Positions 48,110 through 52,597 of a DNA stretch of 52,597 bases are shown here, one piece after another; within the stretch, counting starts at the first letter, position 1, and each line of letters starts with the position of its first letter. Origin of the DNA: an uncultured Trueperaceae bacterium (GTDB taxonomy: Bacteria; Deinococcota; Deinococci; Deinococcales; Trueperaceae); NCBI GenBank assembly GCA_963799485.1, contig CAWCXJ010000003.1, positions 1-52,597 on the forward strand, read 5' to 3'. A program made the translations under genes and the position numbers. The notes under the pieces are model-generated. The model was not told the DNA's origin and ran no database searches. It saw only the letters and a program-made list of their open reading frames with translations.

Positions 48110-48480
48110 CTTTTGAGGTCTCCGACGACCAAAACGCGCTTGCCGATGTCGCCTAAATCAGAATCGTCGAGTTGCACAGTCAGAACCCTGCGTCCGCCCA
48201 AACCGTAATGCCACAGCGCAATCGTCCCCCGAAGAGCCTCGATGCCGCCGATATGGGCTTCGCTCTCTACGCTCGCCAAAATGCCCTGCACATACTCCTG
48301 CGGCCCCGCTGCGGCCCTCTGAGCGTCCACACGGGCCTTATCCATCGCCCATAAGGTGTCTGCCGTTTTCCGTAGCTCTTGCGCTGCTCTCAGGTCTGCC
48401 GGGTCGGTGCTTTGGGCTAGTTTTGCGGCAAGGGTATGCAAGGTTCCTGAGCTGTACCTTATCTGTGACTCAGCGCACAT
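48106..48480 (-). CDS. Hypothetical protein
   Basis: AAGGAG RBS; coupled to HNH3. Confidence 0.55.
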   Translation of the reverse strand: MCAESQIRYSSGTLHTLAAKLAQSTDPADLRAAQELRKTADTLWAMDKARVDAQRAAAGPQEYVQGILASVESEAHIGGIEALRGTIALWHYGLGGRRVLTVQLDDSDLGDIGKRVLVVGDLKR

Positions 48481-48728
48481 CAGCGCACTCCTTTGGCGTT
48501 GCAAACGACCGTCCACCCGGCTTTTTTGGCTCGCCGCGTGTAACCGTCGACTAATAGCGCACGCCCCATCGGTGCCCAAAGTTCGTCAACGCTTTTTAAT
48601 ACGGCGCGCACTTTGCGCCTGATAAGCAACTCTTCGGCCTCATCTGGACGAAGGAACTGTACGGTCAAGCCGGGGGGTTGGAGGGGTAGCTCGAGACCTG
48701 GCTTTTCGGCTATGAGTGCCTTTGTCAT
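48480..48728 (-). CDS. Hypothetical protein
   Basis: ATGA-coupled. Confidence 0.55.
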   Translation of the reverse strand: MTKALIAEKPGLELPLQPPGLTVQFLRPDEAEELLIRRKVRAVLKSVDELWAPMGRALLVDGYTRRAKKAGWTVVCNAKGVR

Positions 48729-49483
48729 GCCGTCACCGCCATAGATTCGAGTACCGCCTCACATACAGCCTTACTGAGGGGCGGAGGCACCGCATTGCCG
48801 AGTAGCCGCTGAGCTGTTCGGGTCGGAAATGGCGGCACAGGTAGGCACTGAAGTTCAGCCCGTTCCTCGAGTGACCGGCCCGGCCTGATGACCTCACGGG
48901 TTTTTATGTCAAGCATGTAATGACCTACGTTTTCGGTTGCGAGTACGGCATACGTCCCGGCGAGCGGCGTACCCCTAGACAAGCCGACTAACCCCGCGCC
49001 CAAAACGATGATGCAACGTTGCCGAAACTGCCTTACGCCGTGTTCGTTGCTACGCGGTGTCAACACCTGCATAGTCAGCCCCAGACGGTGACAGGCGGCG
49101 TTCAGCTCGGCTATTTCGGCCTTACCCTCTTTGCTGTGCAGCAGCCCCATGACATTCTCGATTACCGTCACGGCGGCGTACCGGCACTGCTCGGCAAGGT
49201 AGGCCAAGCTGTAATACTCGGGGTGCGCTTTGCCTCGTTTCGGCGTGCGATTTGCCAAGCTGTAGGGCTTACAACTTGGACTAGCCCAGACGAACAGCCC
49301 GCGCAACTCTTCGGCGTCGACCGTCCGCACGTCCCGAAGCTCGCACGGTATATCGGGCTCGAGCCATCTATGCGCCTCAACCTCTTGCGGGCTGTAATCG
49401 TAGGCTTTCACGACTTTCAGCCCCGCCTGTTTCATCCCCCTTGACGCCCCGCCAAACCCGCAGAAAAGCGCAGTCGCATTCAC
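48725..49483 (-). CDS. Compact DNA cytosine-C5 methyltransferase
   Basis: LFCGFGG, SPSCKPYS, ENV, QFRQR, GNAVPP. Confidence 0.88.
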   Translation of the reverse strand: MNATALFCGFGGASRGMKQAGLKVVKAYDYSPQEVEAHRWLEPDIPCELRDVRTVDAEELRGLFVWASPSCKPYSLANRTPKRGKAHPEYYSLAYLAEQCRYAAVTVIENVMGLLHSKEGKAEIAELNAACHRLGLTMQVLTPRSNEHGVRQFRQRCIIVLGAGLVGLSRGTPLAGTYAVLATENVGHYMLDIKTREVIRPGRSLEERAELQCLPVPPFPTRTAQRLLGNAVPPPLSKAVCEAVLESMAVTA

Positions 49484-49586
49484 AACCGCACCCCCAACAC
49501 CGCAAACGCCAGCACCGAGAGCACCGCAACCTCTGAGAGCCCGTGTCCGAGTGCTGCGCCGAACAGAAGGGCAAAGGCGAGGCGTT

Positions 49587-49772
49587 TCACTTACCACTTC
49601 CGTTGAACACCGCGCCTAAAACGAAGACGATGATTGCTAGAGCCCACACAGGTGCGTGAATGTTGAACGCCGCAGCAAGAGCTAGCGACAAAAGCCAGCC
49701 CAAACCGAATGACACTAGAACCGACAATCCTAAAACACCGATGACGATGAGCGTCCAGATGTACCACTTCAT
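49587..49772 (-). CDS. Small membrane protein
   Basis: Two hydrophobic stretches; ATGA-coupled. Confidence 0.6.
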   Translation of the reverse strand: MKWYIWTLIVIGVLGLSVLVSFGLGWLLSLALAAAFNIHAPVWALAIIVFVLGAVFNGSGK

Positions 49773-50122
49773 GCCGCCCTACTCTCTTCAAGCGCCCGCA
49801 ACTCCATAAGCAACTCACCCCGGTCAACACTCCAAACGACGCGCTCTACAGCAAACTCCCCACCGTGGTCTGTCACGACCTCCCGCGTTGCCCGTAGCGA
49901 CCCCTTAGACACGCGCTCGTGGGCGTTGGTAATGTCTCTCAGGTGCCGCTCGCTTTTGTAACCGGACGCGTCCAGCGTCTCGAGCCAGTGGCCCGAATCG
50001 CACGACAAAATCCCCAACAACTCGCCCGTTTGCCGGTGCCGGTAGATGAAGCCTGGGATTTCCCGGACAAGCCGCTGTGCAGCCCCTAGCGTCTGCGGCT
50101 GGATTTGCTGTAACATGCTCAT
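49769..50122 (-). CDS. Hypothetical early protein
   Basis: AAGGAAGG RBS. Confidence 0.6.
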   Translation of the reverse strand: MSMLQQIQPQTLGAAQRLVREIPGFIYRHRQTGELLGILSCDSGHWLETLDASGYKSERHLRDITNAHERVSKGSLRATREVVTDHGGEFAVERVVWSVDRGELLMELRALEESRAA

Positions 50123-50592
50123 ATCTGTTCCTTCCTTATCCCGCAGGCGAGCGGGTAAGATTTCCGGGCTTCGGCCCGGTTTTTCAATTTCCTAAAATCA
50201 GGTCACGACGCCTTCAAAACCGACTTCAGCCGCCGCCGCACGAGGCTCCGAAAGTCGAGGTCTGTGCTCGAGTTGTGCAGGTTGCGCAGGGCTTGGGCGT
50301 ATTCACCGGTCGAAAACACGCCCCGCTGGTACAGCGCGCCGAGGTTGGCGAGTGCGGTGCGGGTCAAGCCGCCCTCTTTTCCGCACGCGCTCTCAGCGCC
50401 CGCTCGACTTTCGGCGGCTCTACCCTCTGCCGCGCAATAAACGCCTCGAGCCCTTTACGCAACCGTCTGGCGGCTGCGGGGTGTTTGGTGTAGTCGAGTT
50501 TCATGTCGTCCTTCGGTTTCTCAACGCCGCCCGCCGACGTTTCAAGGTGGCGCGTACCCCGTGGCTCGATTTGAGATAAGGGGTGAGTCGGG

Positions 50593-50790
50593 TCATGCGG
50601 CGACTTTCTTTTGGGTCTCGAGTTCTGATGTTCCCTGAAGGCTGACGTTGCCCGACACGTACAGCCGCACAAGTGCCTCAATTGCAGTCGTCATTGTTTC
50701 TTTGTCCTGGGCTGCTTTTACGCGCAACGCGTGTTTTAATTCGCTTTGCACCTGAACTTGTAGCCATTCGCGGTCTTGCATTTGTCTCAT
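50593..50790 (-). CDS. Cro-position regulator, ribbon-helix-helix-like
   Basis: WLQVQVQSELKHALRVKAAQDKETMTTAIEALV; GGAGG RBS; divergent from CI. Confidence 0.7.
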   Translation of the reverse strand: MRQMQDREWLQVQVQSELKHALRVKAAQDKETMTTAIEALVRLYVSGNVSLQGTSELETQKKVAA

Positions 50791-50804
50791 CGTGCCTCCA
50801 AGTT

Positions 50805-50941
50805 TACTATGAACAATCTTAGTAGATATAGATATACAGATGCGCCCTCCTTCCACAAGAGGTTAAATTCTTCATTCTCCTTTCATAAACTGGCGTTTCC
50901 CTTGACAGGGTTGCTTTATTCTACTATGAATGTTCTTAGAT
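50805..50941. promoter_or_regulatory. Immunity switch with two operator copies
   Basis: TACTATGAAcaaTCTTAG at 50805 and TACTATGAAtgtTCTTAG at 50922; near-palindromic. Confidence 0.7.
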
Positions 50942-51772
50942 ATGCAAGCACTACTAAGAACTGACGTAGACTTCGCCACATGGCAGGACTTTTTTGTGAT
51001 CGCTAATCAATATAGTTTGACGAGCGTTCTCAAAGAGAAGCGCCTTGATACCGGGGTGAAACAGGGGTGGATTGGCGAACCGTTTGGCATGGATCAAACG
51101 ACGGTCAGCCTTTACGAACGCGAAACGCACCGTATCAAAGCGCGCGGCGCAGAGTTCGCGGTGCAATTCATAAGCAGATACGGGTTTGCACTCGACGAAG
51201 CTCGAGGTTTAGCAAAACCACTTTTCGACGATTTAATAGAAGATTTGAAAAGTGTTCTGCCACCCAACGATTTGCCTGAACTCCCAGGCGTCGGTAAACT
51301 GGTTGAAATACCGATTTTACAAGCCCAAGGGGGAACTCAAGAAGACCATAACGCGGCTGGTCGGGGAGTTAGGGGGGGAAGGACGTTACAGCTTGCCGAG
51401 GTGTATTTAGACGGGCACAAACCGGAAAATTGCCGAGTGGTCGAAGTGTTTGGCTACAGTATGGCATGTGAAGATTTGCGTTTAAGTTTTCAACCCGGTC
51501 ATCGCTTCATCATTGACATAGTTGAAGAGCCGCAGGAGGGGGACATACTCGTAGCCGACCTGTTCAAGTACGGTGAGTGGCACCGCATATTCAAGATATT
51601 TGGGCGTGAGGGGCGCATCGTTTTACGGAGCTACAACGATCGTTACGAACCTATTGTGCTCGAGGAAGGAGATGAGCTTATAAAAGTTGGGGTTTATATA
51701 AACCGAATCACTGAAGATCGGGCTGAGATGCGGCGCTTAAACAGAGCGCGTATGAAGAAAGCTCGAGAGTAA
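50930..51772 (+). CDS. CI-like repressor (XRE HTH plus S24 peptidase)
   Basis: QTTVSLYER helix; GYSM serine; IFK lysine; LRSYN..YEPI. Confidence 0.9.
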   Translation: MFLDMQALLRTDVDFATWQDFFVIANQYSLTSVLKEKRLDTGVKQGWIGEPFGMDQTTVSLYERETHRIKARGAEFAVQFISRYGFALDEARGLAKPLFDDLIEDLKSVLPPNDLPELPGVGKLVEIPILQAQGGTQEDHNAAGRGVRGGRTLQLAEVYLDGHKPENCRVVEVFGYSMACEDLRLSFQPGHRFIIDIVEEPQEGDILVADLFKYGEWHRIFKIFGREGRIVLRSYNDRYEPIVLEEGDELIKVGVYINRITEDRAEMRRLNRARMKKARE

Positions 51773-51847
51773 AACCGTGAAAAATTTTTACTTCACAAAC
51801 TCGCAAAAAGTAAGAAATGCCTGATTACGCACACATAAGGAGATGCA

Positions 51848-52486
51848 ATGAAAACTGTCCGTTTACTTTCTCTGACTTTTGCTTCGAGCTTAGCTTTAAC
51901 CTTTGTAAGTCTCGTTTCAGCTCAAGAAGATGTATCAGCTGGGCTTTTAACTTGCTCAGCTATAGAAGGAACCGATGCGAGATTAGCGTGTTACGACAAG
52001 CTGGCAGACGACACTACTGCGCCGGTTTCATCGTCAACGGATAATTGGGATGTTTCGGTTGATACAAATCCGGTAGATGATTCCCAGACAGTTGTGCTGG
52101 TCAATGACGCCGATGAAGGCAGTTCAAGCTCTCGTTTCGGGCAGCCGGTTGGTTTAGTTTTACGTTGTAAAAGCGGTGAAATTGAAGCTTACATTGTTTG
52201 GAATGATTATCTCGGCTCGTCAGACGATGGGGCAGATGTTATTTCGCGGGTAGGTTCATCCCCGGCTTCTTCAGACAACTGGACCGTTAGTACAGATAGT
52301 CAAGCCACTTTTTATCCAGGCGGCGAACAAGACGCTGTGGATTTTATTAACAGTTTGGCGGCAAGTGATAATGGCAAGTATGTCGCACAAGTGACACCCT
52401 ATAGTGAAAGCCCAAAGACAGCCGTTTTCAATGTCGGCGGTCTCTCTGGTTTAACAGATCAGCTTTTTGGCGCTTGTCAAAATTAA
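51848..52486 (+). CDS. Exported protein, TagO/VasI (VC_A0118)-like
   Basis: Signal peptide; C.AI....RLACYD, W.......PVDD, LVLRC. Confidence 0.65.
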   Translation: MKTVRLLSLTFASSLALTFVSLVSAQEDVSAGLLTCSAIEGTDARLACYDKLADDTTAPVSSSTDNWDVSVDTNPVDDSQTVVLVNDADEGSSSSRFGQPVGLVLRCKSGEIEAYIVWNDYLGSSDDGADVISRVGSSPASSDNWTVSTDSQATFYPGGEQDAVDFINSLAASDNGKYVAQVTPYSESPKTAVFNVGGLSGLTDQLFGACQN

Positions 52487-52533
52487 CTTTATATTCAACC
52501 CTTCAACCTACTTAGTTTAGAAAAGGATACCTC

Positions 52534-52597
52534 ATGAAACCGATCCGCTTCCTCCCCGTAGCCCTCACCGTTCTATTCGCCGCCTGCGGTGGCACCG
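52534..52597 (+). CDS. Lipoprotein, truncated by window end
   Basis: AAGGA RBS; MKPIRFLPVALTVLFAACGG lipobox. Confidence 0.65.
   Translation, partial: MKPIRFLPVALTVLFAACGGT

Larger units (their letters stand above)
1..52597. mobile_element. Temperate siphovirus-like phage/prophage (ends not in window)
   Basis: Canonical order immunity, replication, packaging, head, tail, lysis; CI-like repressor; tape measure and no sheath; no integrase or att seen. Confidence 0.95.

Noticed and set aside
1..52597. CRISPR array or mini-array linked to csx16/csf1
   Set aside because: No 25-40 nt repeats with unique spacers seen by eye; a solitary repeat could be missed

Overview
Most of a temperate siphovirus-type (pro)phage genome, almost all on the minus strand. 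Right to left: exported-protein genes, a CI/Cro switch with two operators, early genes (C5 methylase, HNH, RecT-like annealing protein), a replication initiator with internal origin plus DnaB, an N6-adenine methylase, MazG-like and RusA-like genes, a late-control region, ParB plus C5 methylase, terminases, portal, scaffold, capsid, tail (with a -1 frameshift chaperone and a ~1,970-aa tape measure), adsorption proteins and lysis-type genes. No integrase, att site, tRNA or CRISPR array is visible. About 100 CTCGAG sites (hand count) and a leaderless gene suggest a Deinococcota (Truepera-like) host; this is inference. Main oddities: (1) a counter-oriented small-gene operon (8659-10528) with a consensus promoter, a Csx16-like ring-nuclease gene and a terminal Aca-like regulator, i.e. 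a candidate anti-type III CRISPR cassette; (2) two HNH cassettes that each lie between an orphaned gene start and a recoded copy of the same start, one of them enclosing that operon; (3) a shared convergent-promoter/double-hairpin element before both HNHs and the replication initiator; (4) an apparent csf1-cysH deletion scar of a type IV-B Cas locus. Frameshifts in the first ~6 kb are probably sequencing errors. All family calls are by-eye motif recognition, not database searches.
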